From Azolla caroliniana (taxonomy: Eukaryota; Plantae; Polypodiophyta), in contig JBHGNT010000002.1 of the NCBI GenBank assembly GCA_043228905.1, positions 4,774,001-4,838,000 on the forward strand: a stretch of DNA of 64,000 bases, in the 5' to 3' direction. The translations under genes were made by a program, and so were the position numbers. A model generated the notes under the pieces. That model saw nothing but the letters and a program-made list of their open reading frames with translations. It ran no database searches and was not told the DNA's origin. Positions 35,601-50,505 of the stretch are shown here, one piece after another. Position 1 is the stretch's first letter. The number at the start of each line of letters is the position of its first letter.

Positions 35601-38105
35601 GGTCCATACTTTCTGCGGTGAGTCTCCGTCCAAGGGTACTTAGGGTGATCTGTTTATCACATAGGTCGTCGTCGTCAGCGCCTCAACCCAAAATATCTTG
35701 GGTAATTTTGCATGTGCCAGCATGCTCCAGACTGTCTCCATCATGGTCTGGTTCATCCGTTCGGCCAACCCATTTAGTTCCGGCATCTTTGGCATGGTGA
35801 AGTTGAGCCGGATTCTCTTCGACCAACAGTACTCCTCGAATTGCCCCCGATATTCTCCTTCGTTATCTGCTCGAACTGCCTTCAGCTTCCGGCCGGTTTC
35901 TCTTTCCACGCTCGCGTGGAGCTCCTTGAAGACGGATAGCACCTGATCCTTCATCTTCAATGGAGAGACCCACAACTTCCGGCTATGGTCATCTATGAAC
36001 GTCACGAACTACTGCGATCCAGCATGAGACTTTTTGTCCACTTTACACACATCGTTATGCACCAGCTCTAGTGGTGCATTCCGTCTCATCAGTGGTCTTG
36101 ATCGGAAGGACGTTCGGTTTAGCTTGCTAGCCAAGCAATCGGTGCACTTCTCAAGTTGCACGTCCTTCACCGGAATGAGGTTGTCTTCGGCAAGCCTCTT
36201 CATCCCCTTCTCACTCATGTGACACTGTCTTTTGTGCCACAGCTCACCGGCAGTGTCAGATGCTACGTTCACTTCTTCCCGACATATCCGGGCCTTCATC
36301 AAGTGCAGTGTGTTGACCTTCCGAGCTCGAGCCACTATTAAGCTCCCTTTGCAGAACTTCATGACACCGTTCCGGATGCTACCTGTGTAGTCTTCATCAT
36401 CTAGCCGACCGATTGATATCAAGTTTAGTCGAACCTCCGGAACATGTTGGACATCCTTCAACAGTAACTTGCATCCGGTTGATGTCGTCAACAACACATC
36501 TCCTATGCCGATAATTCGGCATGTCCCTTCATTCGCCATCCGGACACAACCGTGCTCACCGGCTGTGTAGGATGAGAAGCATTTCCAGTTCGAGGTAAGG
36601 TGGAACGACGCTCCGGAATCGACAACCCACGTTGTCTCGTCGACAACAAGGTTCAACTCACTCTCCTCGATGATGAGCATTAGTTCTTCTTCACTTGTTG
36701 CGATCATCGTCGTTCCCTTCCCCCTTGCCGATCCGAACCGTTTCGGTCCGGGGACTTCTTCAAATCGGTATTGTCGGTTCCCTTGTCTTTCCGGAAATGC
36801 CGACAGATCTTCTGGAAGTGCCCCGGTTTGCCGCAATAGAAGCAAGTGGGCCTCCCCCTTGACTTTGACTATGTCCCTGACTTTTCTCGGTTCTGGGGAC
36901 TCCGATTCCTTTGTCTTCCGCGTTCCAATTTGGTAAGGAGGGCTTTGGCGTCGGAGATCACCTCCTTGTCTTTCCAACGCGCCTCCTCATCTAGCAAGCT
37001 CGACTTGACCCTTGCTAGGGATAGTTGTTTTCCTTCCAGCCCTGCGTTGCCCAACGTGACAACTAACATCTCCCAGCTATCTGGGAGGGAACCGAATAGG
37101 AGTAGAGCAAGTACCTCATCAGCGAGAGGTACTTCCAACGAGGTTGCTTGGTGTATCAGCCCTTGGAAGGCATTCATGTGCACCGCCATACTAGAGCCGT
37201 CTTGGTACCGGAGCCTCACTAGGTTCCGAAATACCGAAACCCGATTAACAACATTCTTGTTCTGGAACATGATGCTGATCTTCTCCTAGAGTTCATGAGC
37301 CTTGCTCTCTTCATTGAAGTTGTTGTACAGGCTCATGTCGATGAAGCATCGGATGTACGTCATCGTCTTCATGTGCATCATCGACATCAACATTCAACCA
37401 AAGACCTTTAACCACCAGCATGTCCCTCATCTTTGATTTCCACACTGAGTTGTTGGAGCCGGTGAGCTTGAACATGCTGTCGTAAGATTCTTCCATTTTC
37501 TGTGTTGCTCACTCTGATACCAGTTTGTGGAGAAACGCACGGAATATCGCTCGGCCACAACCGAGTAGTAAATCACTTCTATAAGAATCAAACACAGAAA
37601 TGGGAAGTGGGGAGTACACAAGAAAATGACACAAGATGTTTATGTGGAAAACCCTCATAGGGAAAAACCACGGGAGCCCACAGACTCCGAACTATCACTA
37701 TGAAGAGAAGGGGTACAACCAAAGACTTGGAGGCAACGACCTAGAGCTCAGTTTCTTCGCACAGTGGCAGTTGCAACAGATTATCGCTCTGTATCTCCCT
37801 CTCTCTCCCTCTCTCTCTGTACAACAGTTACAACAATATGACAACAACACTCTCACACAATCATACATCTAAAGTGATTGCCCTAAGTCATATTTATAGT
37901 TATATGAATTTAGGGCTATTTACAAATATAGCCTCAATGGGCTTATTCAAGAAATATTTACAAAACTGTCTTCTCTTCTAGTTCTCACCGGGTCCACTGA
38001 TCCGATTTCCGGATCTTGTCTGGTTCTCACCGGCTCTCTTCTGGTTCTCACCAGGTCCTCTTTATTCATCATCGGATCCCATCTGGAGAGACCGATTTCC
38101 CAACA
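32656..38105 (-). mobile_element. Full-length degenerate Ty1/Copia (Copia-C, related to Copia-B)
   Basis: LTRs 32656-33472 and 37526-38105; TSD ACATA; PBS TGGTATCAGAG at 37512-37522; fragmented gag-pol from 37496 to about 33490. Confidence 0.95.
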
Positions 38106-38110
38106 ACATA

Positions 38111-38230
38111 CTCCCCCTCTTTAAAACATTGCACTCTTGCAATGGAAAGTTAGGGAAGTTAGTTGTAAGAGTATTTTCGCATTCCCATGTGGCATCTTTG
38201 ATAGATTTATCCATCCATTTAATTTTAAAT
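38111..38230 (-). pseudogene. Chromodomain remnant and PPT of a Gypsy chromovirus
   Basis: Minus strand reads EFKIKWMDKSIKDATWECENTL. Confidence 0.7.
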
Positions 38231-38259
38231 TCTTGGATTTTAGGCGTCTAATATGACCT

Positions 38260-38830
38260 GTTTACATCCACGTACCACTCGCAGATGAATGGCCTCACTG
38301 AACACCTCAACAAGACCCTCAAGCAAGAGATCGCCGCTTCTAGGATCAAATATTGCCATTCATTATCCATGCCTACAACATGTCCATATAGGGGCATCAA
38401 CCAAGATCAACCCTTTTCGGGCATTCTATGGGTGTGACCCTCGCCTCCCACCGAAGTCGTCCATTCTAGACCTACCAACATGGATGGTGCCACTTGGGGG
38501 ATCTATCTCCAACAAATGCTCCCACTACTTCGACATGCCAGCTCCTGAAATCTACAGGTTGCACAACGCCATAAGCGGCACTACAATTTGGGTCGAATTA
38601 CCCCAATTTATTCTAAGGTAAACAATGTCCTTGTTTACTTCCCAGTTTGGCGGTGTGGCCTTAGTGAATCCATCATGCACCGCTAGATCGTCCCGTTCAC
38701 CATAGATCACGCCATCAAATCCACTATTTACCTACTCTAACGCGATTCCAAGGGCCGTGTCACCTCCACCCACATTGCTCGCATCAAGCCCTATGCCACC
38801 TCGAGCCCATATACTTGCACCCCTCCTTTC
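38260..38830 (+). pseudogene. Degenerate Gypsy integrase fragment
   Basis: TSTYHSQMNGLTEHLNKTL and PFRAFYGCDPRLP motifs. Confidence 0.6.
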
Positions 38831-39596
38831 ACCATGCTGTAAAACTCCTTGTTTTTCTCAACTTGGTGGAATGTGGTGTACCTTTTGAGCAAGCACATGC
38901 CTTCATGTTGTGGTGTACATTCACCACCTTTTTAGCACGCATGTAATCAAACCAACCCAAATGGGTATCTATGTATCAACTATAAATTGAGCAAGAAGTA
39001 AGAAGAAAGGCAAGCTAGTTTGGATTCTCTCTATGTGCATTTCACAATACCATGTTAAGAATATTATACATATGATGTATGAGTAATCAATATATTTACC
39101 TTTAGCTTCTCATTGGTCTCTCTTTGAAGGGACACACATTTAGTTGTTTTTACTATTACAATTGAACCATCTCTATAATTATTAAAAAAAGGAAAGAGAA
39201 AAGGGTAACCTAAATTGAGAAGTGCATTTGATGAAAAAAAGAGAAAAAGAAAAAAGACTTGAAGCCAATGCAAGTGAAAAATGAAATCTTATCATTCCAA
39301 CAAATGAAAAGAATAATTTAATAGGGTGCCTACAAGCTCGTTTAGAATATCCATAATGTTTCATAAGAAATAATTGCCCATTGTTTATTATGATGAAACT
39401 TCATTATATCTATTAAATGAAAAAATTGACTTGATGTGAAGGCAAGCATTGGCAACTTGTTATTAATTGAGAGAAGATACGTAGATAGCTAGTTAGGTTT
39501 AAAATTTTAAGACCAATTTGGACAAAAAAACATCGCGGGTAAGATAACCTTTAGTGAAATCATACAAAAGAGAGGCTAGCATGTACTGAAAGTAGT

Positions 39597-39765
39597 AGAT
39601 AGATACATTTGATGTTGTCTTGATAGCCCTAGAGAAAGGTGGTAGATAAATAAGGTTGATATATCGACAAACAAACAAATAAATGTTTGCGAAATTTTGT
39701 TAGATGATAGATACATTTGTATGGTGTCTTGATAGCCCTAGAGAAAGGTGGTAGATAAATAAATT
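39597..39765. repeat. Direct duplication upstream of the SDR gene
   Basis: agatagatacatttg...gtcttgatagccctagagaaaggtggtagataaataa occurs twice, about 108 bp apart. Confidence 0.8.
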
Positions 39766-40397
39766 TGACAGATACATAAACAAACAAATAAAGAGATGCT
39801 TGCAAAATGTTGCAGGATGATTCAATCATTGTCCTTTCCAAATATTTATGAGTTTTACCTTCTCTATTGTACTTTTGTGGTGCTATGGTTTATACTATCA
39901 TTTATTAGTTTATATGCTTGTTTCTCTACAGTTTCAAAATATAGGTCTTAAAGGACCAAAAGTTTAAAGGGGAAATAGGAAAGAGAGAGAGAGAGGACAA
40001 TCAAATGCAAGCCCAAGGACATCTAGCATAGTGGTGAGAGTGTGAGTGTCAGTAAATGGGTTAGTAAAAGTATTTTGGCTTACCACTATCATATAACCTA
40101 AAATGCTGAGAAAGAAAAAATTACTACTCAAAGTAGAAAGGTTGAATGTTGAAGCCTATAAGGGGAAGCCATGTAAGACCTAAAAATTGACTCGTGACTG
40201 TATAACAGTAGAGTATAAAAGTATTTTGGGTTAAAGAAAAGGGGGGTGTGACTATTTGTGTGTGTCTGTGTGTGTGTGTGTGAACTAAAATTGACTTGTG
40301 AGGGTATAAAAGTATAGTATAAGCTCAAATTTGGGAGGCAGGGAGAGGTTGGCTATTTGTGTGTGTGTGTGTGTGTGTTGTGTAAGTGATAGAGAAG

Positions 40398-40850
40398 ATG
40401 GCGTTGAGGAAAAGGGATGGAGAAGAGGAGGAGAAGAAGAGAGAGCCTGATCAGTCTCCATTAGTGGGTCTAGTGGGCATGATCATAAAGAATGTGATGT
40501 TCAATAAGCTCCGTCAACCTGGGATTTTTGGATTTGATTCATATGCTACGGCTGAGGAAGTCACCGAAGGTGTCCAAGCCTCCCACCTCACAGCCATAAT
40601 TACAGGTAACTAAATTATGTTAAAGAAAATCAATTGATTTTAGTTCTCTCTCTTTCTTTATCATAATTAGCTTACTTTATTGGTAAGTTGTTACACTATA
40701 AGCCATTACGTCTTGGGTTTGAAACTCAATTTTATTCACCTCTCTATTATATACTTCATAGACTCTTAATTCACTAGATGCCACTCTGGAATGTAGGGGT
40801 TGAACCCATGACCACCTGGTCTCCATTGGGCAACCTTACCAATTGAATCT

Positions 40851-40900
<50 letters not shown>

Positions 40901-42827
40901 TTCCATGCTCCATTTTAAATGAAAAACATAAGAGAACAAGTTTCTTTAATCCTAGAAAGAAAAATTACCTCTAATTTCTCAAATATTTGCCTCGTACTTG
41001 TAATTGCATGCTCAAATTTTAAATGAAAAACATAAGAAAACAAGAAGTTTCTTTAATACGAGAAAGAAATATTGTGTCTAATTTCTCGATTTATGATATC
41101 TCGAGAGTTTGCAAGCTCACATGGATGATAACCATATCATGGATCTCGAGATGTATTGGGGTGGGGTACTAGGCTCATAAAAGTGGAGGGAGGTTGACAT
41201 AGCCTTGCTTGTTAAGCTTCCCTTGTAGACACTTATCATGCTTCATGTTATGGGAAACAAATCTCTTTCCTATATGCCCAAAATGACTTGTGGTGGAACT
41301 ATCTCAACATATATGTTTTAAACATTATTTAATCATGGCCTCCCTAAACCTAATTAGAAGTTTGGCAATGTCTACAATTGTGGTATATTTGTTTTATGTC
41401 AACAAGTTTTTCTTTGTTCATCCAAACACATCTAGAATTATCTGGAAAGGCATGTTGGATATAGCATACATGGACACACACATGTGCATGTAAATACACA
41501 TGCATACATAGATACATACATTCCCACATACACACTAGTTAACAAATGTATACAAGACAATAACAGCAACAATAACATCAATAAATGGTCACCTTGGCAC
41601 TTTTAATTGCTTCTCATTTACCTTTACTGATTGTACAGTTACTATACACAACGAGAATCTACTCAAATCCATCATAATGAAACTTTTTCAACTTTGCTTT
41701 AATGCACGGATATTGTTTTCCCTTGGGTTCTGGATTATGAGTTATAAAGCCCTAATTTTGGAGGCAATCGCTAGGGTATATGATCTCAAAACTAAAAAAC
41801 ACAATGAACTTTAATATTGTTAGGAACCATGAATCTATATATTTTTATTAAACATTGATTGAATCTTAAACTCACAACCATAAGACATTGTAAGAATTTC
41901 AACACTAAATTGTTACATTAAATTAGTCAGGTTGCCTTAAGGTTCATGTAAAGGCAATGAACTCACATTGTGTGTTAGTGTGAGATGTCACTTGCATTAG
42001 ATTCAAAATTCAATTTCCCAACAAATTCATTTTGCTTAAGTATGTCATAATTTTATCGTTAATTAGATCATTTATAACTTGATCCATTTCCTAACAAAGT
42101 AGTGTTCATTATCTTGTGATTACAATGATCCTTTCAATGAGTTGCAAACTCACAAGTACAATACTTGCATAAAAATAGTTGTGTATTACAATTTGGGCAA
42201 AGCCTCCAACAAAATTTCAAATTAGAATAATGAAATAGTCATTGGCATTTCGGATACCCACCACCACCACATGAATAACATTATAATATGTGTTACCAAA
42301 ACATGCATAAAAGGAATATATTTGAAATGCAGGTGCATCAAGTGGAATAGGCCTTGAAACCACACGTGTGTTGGCCTTGCGAGGTGTACATGTTGTGATG
42401 GCAGTCAGAAATGTTGAAGCAGGTGAGAATGCAAAAAGGTTAATCCAAACAAAGATAAAAGATGCTAAACTCCAAGTTATGCAAATGGATGTTAGCTCTC
42501 TACAATCAGTGCACGACTTTTGCAACAACTTCATGTCGATGGGAACTCCTTTGAATATATTAATGTATGTATATACTTTACTTTGTCTAGCCAATTCAAA
42601 TAATTCCATCATGTTGTCTACTTTATTTGCAACAACATTTAACATCATGATCCCCACACATTCCATTAAATAGCATTCATCTTGTTGTCCAGAATTTATT
42701 CTATCTCATTACTTTCATCTTATACTACAGTTTATAAACCAACAGTTGTCATCGAGAACTACCATACATTTCCATCTTTGCTTTTTGGCATATCTTTTGC
42801 TTACCTACCTATATCCATGATTCTATT

Positions 42828-42862
<35 letters not shown>

Positions 42863-45800
42863 CACACACACACACACACACACAAGACAAAAAAAAAGGA
42901 TAGCACATCACCAACAAATTAGGGGATAATCATCCTAAGCTTGATATATTGCATCCACAAAAAGGGAACGATGCTAGAATATTGGAAAACACAAACCATG
43001 ATAGAATGCTACACCATAATTGATTTTTGTAAGGTTTTAACAATCCCAACTTAATCATCTATCATGGGTAGTGACATGTTAACTAAACATTCCATGTACA
43101 TTGATTCTTAAGGGACAATTAGCATAAGCACATTAGCCGATTCTTTTAACCCCTGCCTGCATGACAACTCCAATTATTGTATATGTTTTAGGAATTGAAC
43201 TAGCTTGCACTTCAAGCATAGTGGTATCTTAAAGGGAACCATTGTTACATATCATCTATAGTCTATTTTCCTCTTATGAGCCTACAGAACAACAATTAGA
43301 ACTAGAAAAGCTAGGGAAAAGTTTCATTCCTATTTCAAAATTTGGAGAACAAAAAACTGCAATGCCTTGATCATATGAGATCTGAAGTGTTAAGAAATAC
43401 TACAATGGGAATTGAGGTTGATATGTCCTTTCTCATGGCCTATGAGACTAGAACAATGTATGCGTTGTCACATGCTTACTTCTAAAAGTCTCCACATGTG
43501 TGACATATCTATATTTTCTTTATTTTGTGACAAATTTTTACTATCGAGTGCCTAACAAGTTCACAATACATTAAAAAGTAACAATGCAGGTATGATGGGT
43601 GGTCCATTCAAACTCTCTCGTGATGGCATAGAGTTAAATTTTGCAACTAATTATCTAGGTACAACATGAAAACTTGAGATCATTATCAATACTATTATTT
43701 CATGAGAAGATACCTTTGTAACTCGAGTACATATTTCATGAAGGTCACTTCCTTTTAACAAAACTTTTGCTTCCAACAATGATCACCACGGCAAAGGATT
43801 CTGGAATTGAGGGTCGAATTGTAAATGTATCGTCTGAATCTCATTACTATGGATTCTTGGATCTACAATCATTAAATGAAAAATCAAGGTTCGTGTTGAA
43901 TACTATTGCACACTCCTCATTTTCTATCATCTTTAACTCGTAGAGTTACATTTTCTAATTGTTCATTTCATAAGTAGAACCAAGTTTGCAATAAGCTATT
44001 ATATATCAACTACCACAAAAACTACATACATACATACATACATACATACGATTGATGAAATTATCATCAAAAGAATATTAATTAAATTATTCTACCAATA
44101 TGTAATTGTCAATCTATATTTCATTCATTCTCTTATAGATATTGGTCCTACCTTGCGTATGCGAGATCAAAACTAGCAACTATATTGCATGCAAATGAGC
44201 TTGCCACGCGATTAGAGGTATGTGCATAATAAAATACTATATTAAATGGAAAATCGATTATAAATGTTTACCTAAAGTTTTCTATATGATGACCATATTT
44301 GTTTGTTAGGAAGAAGGTGTCAATGTGACAATAAACTCTCTTCATCCTGGGATCATATATACAAACCTTGTGAACAATAGTCGATTTTTAAAAGGTACTA
44401 TATTTCAAGTTTCAACACACACTTAAAAGTGTGAATCAACTATGCTAATCCAATTGGCTAACTTCATTAGGGCTAGCTTTTAAGGGGCAATGTTATCCAT
44501 TCATCTCATAGACTTCAATCCATAGCAAAAAACAACTTTAGCACTACATCATCCTAAAACATTATATAAACAAATTGTCTTGCTGGATTGAATTGCCTCT
44601 AATAATTAAGCTATATACATATATATAGGAGTTGCTTGCTTCTCTTATAAACAACATTATTTACTTTGCTACACTTAATCATTCATTTTTGTTATTGAGC
44701 TTCGGTCATTTCTCCTATTATTGTAAACACTTGTACATGTTGGTAGATTCTTTTTAATTGCTTTGTCTAATCTAATCATCGTGGCAGTTCTCGTAACATA
44801 CTTGGAAGCACTTGCACTGAAGTTGTTCCTGAAGACTATTCCACAAGTAAGTAGTACTTTAATTGGTTTTCCTCTAACTAACCTTGGTTTAAGAAAGTAT
44901 TTATATCCTAAGAGTTTTCCATTCAAACTATAAATGATTCTTAGTATAAAATTATGTTAAATAATTTTAAGGATCTTGATTGTGTTTATATCTCAAAAGG
45001 ATAGTGGAGCAATGTTGCCATTATTTAATATTTGCCTTCTTTGTTTCTTCTTCTTTTTTTCCAAAAAAAAACTCCTTCCATTAGTTAAAATTTTTTACAG
45101 TTGAGAGTATTATATACAAATCCCTGTAGGGACATGATAGTTCCATCTTATGTGAATGCCCACAGACTCAAGAAAAGGAGATGATGACCATTGTTGGATA
45201 AAGGCTAGTCGTTGTCTTTCAACTTCATCGGAGCTGCCCTTGAAGCCATTGTATTGGCTCTTTAGAGTGGCTACAACTTCACTCCATATCTCTTGCATTA
45301 ACATTATTGGATGTGCGGTTTGGTTGGAGAAGACCCGTCTACACTGTTGTTTCCGTAGAATCCAAAGTGTTATTGGGTTGACCAATCCCAACACAACTTG
45401 AGATTTGGCATTAATAGGAGTTGAGTGGATATTGCCGATGGTGGAAAAACAAAACTCTTGTGCTTTATCACCAGAGTCATCCCCTCCTGATGCTCGTACC
45501 TATCAACTAGGGTCTGCCATGATAACCAACATACATTTCCCCACTTGATTGTGCCTTGCACTTGCATAACCGCAATAGGTGGCCAACCCCCAGCCATATT
45601 CGATGGGTCTCTGGGTAGTCCCATAGAGCGTGTCGGATTGATTCTATTGCATTTGGGCACACTACACAATTAGGAGAGCTAAGGTTCCCACACTACCATG
45701 CTCCAACCGGTAGTGACTTATGTATTAATAGTCACTGGAATGTGGCAATTCGCCTAGCGTGTTGTTGTTTCTATATTTTTTGCCAAAACATGGTGATAAT

Positions 45801-48800
45801 TGTGTGAGGAACATGATATGTGTGCCAGACCTTTGCAACAGTTGGCTCTCGGGTAGTTTGAGCGGCTAGAATGTGGCGACCCAATCTAGTCGTGAATTAG
45901 AAGAAAGGGATGATTGTGCTTCCTTGACCTGCATAAGGATCGTGCCATGTCCATTGCAAAGGGTCCCAACTGACTCTACGTATCCATGTGTTTTCATATG
46001 TACATATGTGCCATTCTGGTTGTACTATGATCAGATCGGGATCTACAATTCATTTATGACCAATATATGCGAGTACTCGAATTGCCCTATTCAATGTTAG
46101 TATCTCATTGTCTCGCAATTTAGAGCCTTCGATCTTGTTTGGTGTTTCCCTACCTCTTGGGATCAAAGAGCCCTCCTCCTCATAGCCGATCCATTTCTCC
46201 ATTGTCTTCCTTTGATTAACAACTTCCCTAAGCAGTAGAGTGTTAATGATTTTAGATCTCCTAGTCCATCCGCACTTGATTCCATGGAGTATGTTGGCTT
46301 GATCTTGTATTGGCAATGACATAAACCGTCTCTAGCCTTCTATACTTTTGCTTGGACCTTTTGCAATGTATCCCCATGATAACCCCTTACTTGATCCAAT
46401 TAGTTGATAAGATTCATCTCTGATACATGGGTTCCATAAGATACGTTAATTGAGCCAAGTAGGTTCGGAGTTAGGTTGATCGCATTTGAGCCCTCGACTA
46501 ATGTCACACCACGGCTTACACATGGATGCTCTGAATCTATCCTCCAATTGGTGTGAGAAACTAGGTTTGAGATCCATGTTTAGAATCCAACTCGTTTGGG
46601 GGGCCCAATTAGCCCCTTTTAGTGGTCTAAAGAAAGCGAAACATAACCGCAATAACATTTTCCAATAGTCATCCCCTGGTTGGAGTCCTCACACCACAAA
46701 TTTGGCGAGTAAGGCTTTGGATTGTGAGAGGGGATCAATAAGACCCAATCCTCCTCTTGACTTAGGTGATAATGCCACCTTGGCCTGAGCTGCATGATCT
46801 TCTTTACCAAACCAAATGTAGTTGTGTACTAGTTGTTGAATTTGGTGTATACTTTTCTTGGAGATTGTCCAACACAATAGGCTATACCATGTTATTGTGA
46901 GTAAGACCTGGTTTGCCACTATGATGGGACCCACTAGCGAGAGTTTTTTCGAAGTCTAATGTATCAACTTTTGTTGAATGGAGTGAATAACTGGTGCAAT
47001 CATAGTCTCCGGAGGAATGTTGAATCCAATTTGGAAACCTAAATATTTGGTGCTCACTCCCTAATTGATCCACTTGAAAGCGGGATGCGGGTGCCACGCA
47101 GGATGTGCTTCATGAGAAAGCCATATTGTATAAGATTTGTGCCAATTGATCAATGATGGCATTCGATCTCTTGCATATACGGCCAATTCACTTCCTCATA
47201 GGTTTATATGCCGCGAGTTGAGAAAGCTAGAGATTGATTCAGCATATAATAGAAATAAGGATGGAGCTAATGGGCATCCTTGATGTACAGGTCATGATAT
47301 TTGGAAGAAGGGGCCCCTTTCACCTGCTATTGAAACGTAATTGTTGGTGTTCCGATAAAGTCCTACCGTGCCTTTGATCCATGCCTCTTGAAAGTCGAGT
47401 TTCCCCATCACACTTTCTAGAAATTTCCAGCATACCCTACAATATGTTTTCTCAAATTCTAGGAGAACCATGACTACCTTGTTGTTGGTACACTTGGGAA
47501 GGGCTATTACTTCCCAAAATGAGAAAAGGTTGTCTAGGATGCTCCGATTTCTAATGAAACCTGTCTAGGATGGATGAATAGTTGAGGCAGAAGTGGTGCT
47601 AAGCAGCGTGCCACGATTTTTGCGAGCAGCTTATAGATAGTATTTAGAAGAGTTATGGGCCGACACTTACTAATGTCGTTGGCACTCCCACCACTTTTAG
47701 GAATGAGATGTATCATCCCCTATCCAGATTCCTCCAGTATGTTTCCAGAAGTGATGATCTCCTCATATGCCTGGAGGAGGTCTTCTTTAATAGTGTCCCA
47801 AAGGCTCGTGAAGAAGTGAGGAGTGAGGCCATCGATTCCAGGGCAACTATCTGCATCCAAATTGGGGAGGGCCTCCCATATCTCGATGAATGACAAGGGA
47901 CGCGTGAGTCATGTATTCATTCCGTTGTGACTTTCTAGGGTATGCTCTGGAGGATAATATCTTCTCTTGTGTATTCCCCTGTGGCCATACCATCTTCGGT
48001 AAGTAGTCGCTTACAGTAGGTTGTGGCGATATTCCTCATTTCTTCGCCATCCTTAGTGTTCATTCCATCCTCTCAGTTGAGGCTGCGCATCACTATTCTA
48101 GCGTGTCTCGATCCCTTGGATCGGAAGAATTCCTTCGTGCTTTTGTCCCCTACTCGAATCTAGCGAGCCATGCTTCCATGAAATTCCATGTCATAGATTG
48201 CCATTTCTGCCATGATGAGTTCTTGTTTGACCATGGCAACATGTCCCCCGACCCAACTACATGACGGGTATCTCTTGGAGTCGTTGTAAGGCTATTAGTC
48301 CCCGTTTTTTCCTCTATTTCTTTTCCTGAGCATCCTTACTTCTGGTCTTGACGATCTCCTGTAATAGATTTGAAGATCTTGTTAGTTTAAGTAGAAGTTT
48401 GTCGGATGTTGATGAGTCATTGACGGGTAATGAACATTGGGTGGTGAGTTGTTCCTTGACCTCTATAACTGTGTAAATAGTGTGTGGGATTCGAGGCTGG
48501 AATGGACCCCACTATCGGTGCAATTGAAAATGGTCGATTATCGGGTAATGGTCGAAGAAAGTCATGCCTGGAGTTATGCGACACCATCCTCCCTTCTCTT
48601 CTAACGCCTCACCTACATCAATACGGCCGATGTGAGATAGGGTGGGTCCACTATTCCACCCATCTTATTGGGAAAATAAGAGAGAGTCCCTTTTTTGTTG
48701 CAAGTTGGCTGAATGCCATATATCTCGCAGGTTAAGGTGGACACATAACTTCTCCCATTGTTTACGTTCCCTTCCTTGGAGAACTATGGGATTATTGTTA

Positions 48801-50088
48801 GAGCTATCATGAAGGGATTCGTTCATATTAAAATCCCCTCCAATGCACCACTCCTCCTCACCCGCTACTTGTAGGTGGATGCACTTCCAAAATGTTGCCC
48901 TTTCTGTTATGCTATTTGGAGCATAAACATTCATGAAATTCCAGCATTGCCCTTGGATGGTCAACATGCAAAAATGAGCCCTACCAAGTATAAGTGATTC
49001 CTAGTGTATTTCGCCTTGGGCTAGATGTTCCCAAATCAAAGTGCAAACACCACCCTGATTTCCATCCTCCCCTATTGCTAGCTCCCAAATTGTTCACCAC
49101 GATCCTAGTAGAAGGTCTCCAACTTCCTTTGAACAGATACTATCAAGGTAGTGTTCCTGCAACACGATGATGTCGGCAGCACCCCCTAATCAGTTTCCAT
49201 CTGTTTTGCTGGTCTAGTCGACTCCTAAGCCCTTGCACGTTTTGTGTTACAACATTCATAATCATGGAATGGGGTGGGAGATTTTCAAGTGTTCATGATG
49301 CTTTGCACAATAGGTCGCGAGTGGGGAGCACGCACGATTTAGACATCCATTCATTTTCACTGATGGAATGATGGTCCAAATCCATGAGTGGAATTTGTAA
49401 CAATCATGCTATAGTTCACATTGTTCTTTGATCACTCTGACAGTACCACCAAAAGCTACCTCGAACAAATATTTCATTATGACAAACCTCAGCAAACACA
49501 ACATCATTTATGACTTGAATGCCCTCTACATTTACCCAAATTATGACATTAGATATGGCTCTCCCATGTGGACTTAAGAGGTTTGATATGAACTCCTTGT
49601 ACAAGTCTAGGTGATGTGTGGTCCTTAGAAATGCCTAGGTCATGCAAATAAAGTCCTAAATTACAATATAGATGGAGTTTAGTCATGAGACTAAGGATAG
49701 TTATAACAACTTCTAGCAAATAAAAGTTCATATTTAGACCATTTAGATAATCATATCAACAAGTGAATGTCGATATGCATAATAAACCATTCTAACTTTA
49801 AACTTTGTGTTTCTTGACTAATGTTATTACTACAAGTTTTTCCTCTTTAAAACGAATGTACGTGAATTACTAAAAAAAATACACTCGTGTGTAACCTTAC
49901 TTTACTCAACATTATAGGGAGCAGCAACACAATGTTTTCTAGCTCTACACCCAGCAGTGAAAGGCGTTAATGGAAAGTACTTTCAAAATTGTGCTTATTC
50001 AAAACGTTCTAAGTCGTCCAGAAGTCCTCAACTCGGACGCAAATTGTGGGATTTTACTGAGAACTTGTTGAATGAAATTGACTCATAA
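40398..50088 (+). CDS. Short-chain dehydrogenase/reductase, TIC32-like; 8 exons, 352 aa
   Basis: Exons 40398-40605, 42333-42564, 43579-43658, 43744-43888, 44139-44217, 44310-44394, 44788-44846 and 49918-50088. All introns are GT-AG and phase-consistent (1059 nt). Motifs TGASSGIG, NNAG, NVSS, YARSK, LHPG, QGAATQC. Confidence 0.93.
40785..40854 (-). mobile_element. tRNA-derived (SINE-head-like) sequence in SDR intron 1
   Basis: A-box-like AGATTCAATTGG and B-box-like GGTTCAACCC at tRNA spacing; abuts a (CT)n run at 40855-40897. Confidence 0.5.
45040..49400 (-). mobile_element. Degenerate L1-type LINE in SDR intron 7, antisense
   Basis: APE endonuclease (NVQGL, NVYAPN, WCIGGDFN), RT (LIPK..RPITLLNTIYKLLAK, GGLGL), A-rich tail at about 45040-45060; many disruptions. 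Ends approximate. Confidence 0.88.
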
Positions 50089-50315
50089 AACATACAATAA
50101 AAGCATCACCTTTTATCTTCAAATTCATACAAGTAAATAAACTAACAAGACATTACTTGTTAATACACATTCTATTGATATGCCCATAGACCGTTTCATT
50201 AATATTTGGATATGTAATTAAACATGAGTACATTTTTGGAACTCATTGCCTCTTTAAGAAGGCATAGCATTATTATTTCAAGACACCAACTTTATGTAAA
50301 GCTTCTTTTTTCCAA

Positions 50316-50505
50316 AAAGCTATTATAAAGTCTAGATTTGAAAATGTAAACATATTTGCTTCTTTTGCTAAATATAAGCCAATACTTTATTGCTTTGATC
50401 GATCAACTTTATTTAAAGCTATTATAAAGTCGATATTTGAAAATGTAAACATATTTGCTTCTTTTGCTAAATATAAGCGATACTTTATTGCTTTGATCTA
50501 TCAAC
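50316..50505. repeat. Tandem duplication (about 99 bp x2) downstream of the SDR stop
   Basis: aaagctattataaagtc...tttgaaaatgtaaacatatttgcttcttttgctaaatataagc occurs twice. Confidence 0.85.

Noticed and set aside
40255-42885. (GT)n, (CT)n and (CA)n microsatellites around the SDR 5' region
   Set aside because: Common simple repeats with no evidence of a special function.
44747-44787. Upstream acceptor for SDR exon 7
   Set aside because: It gives an immediate in-frame TAA; the acceptor at 44787 keeps the frame and has a CTAAT branch point.
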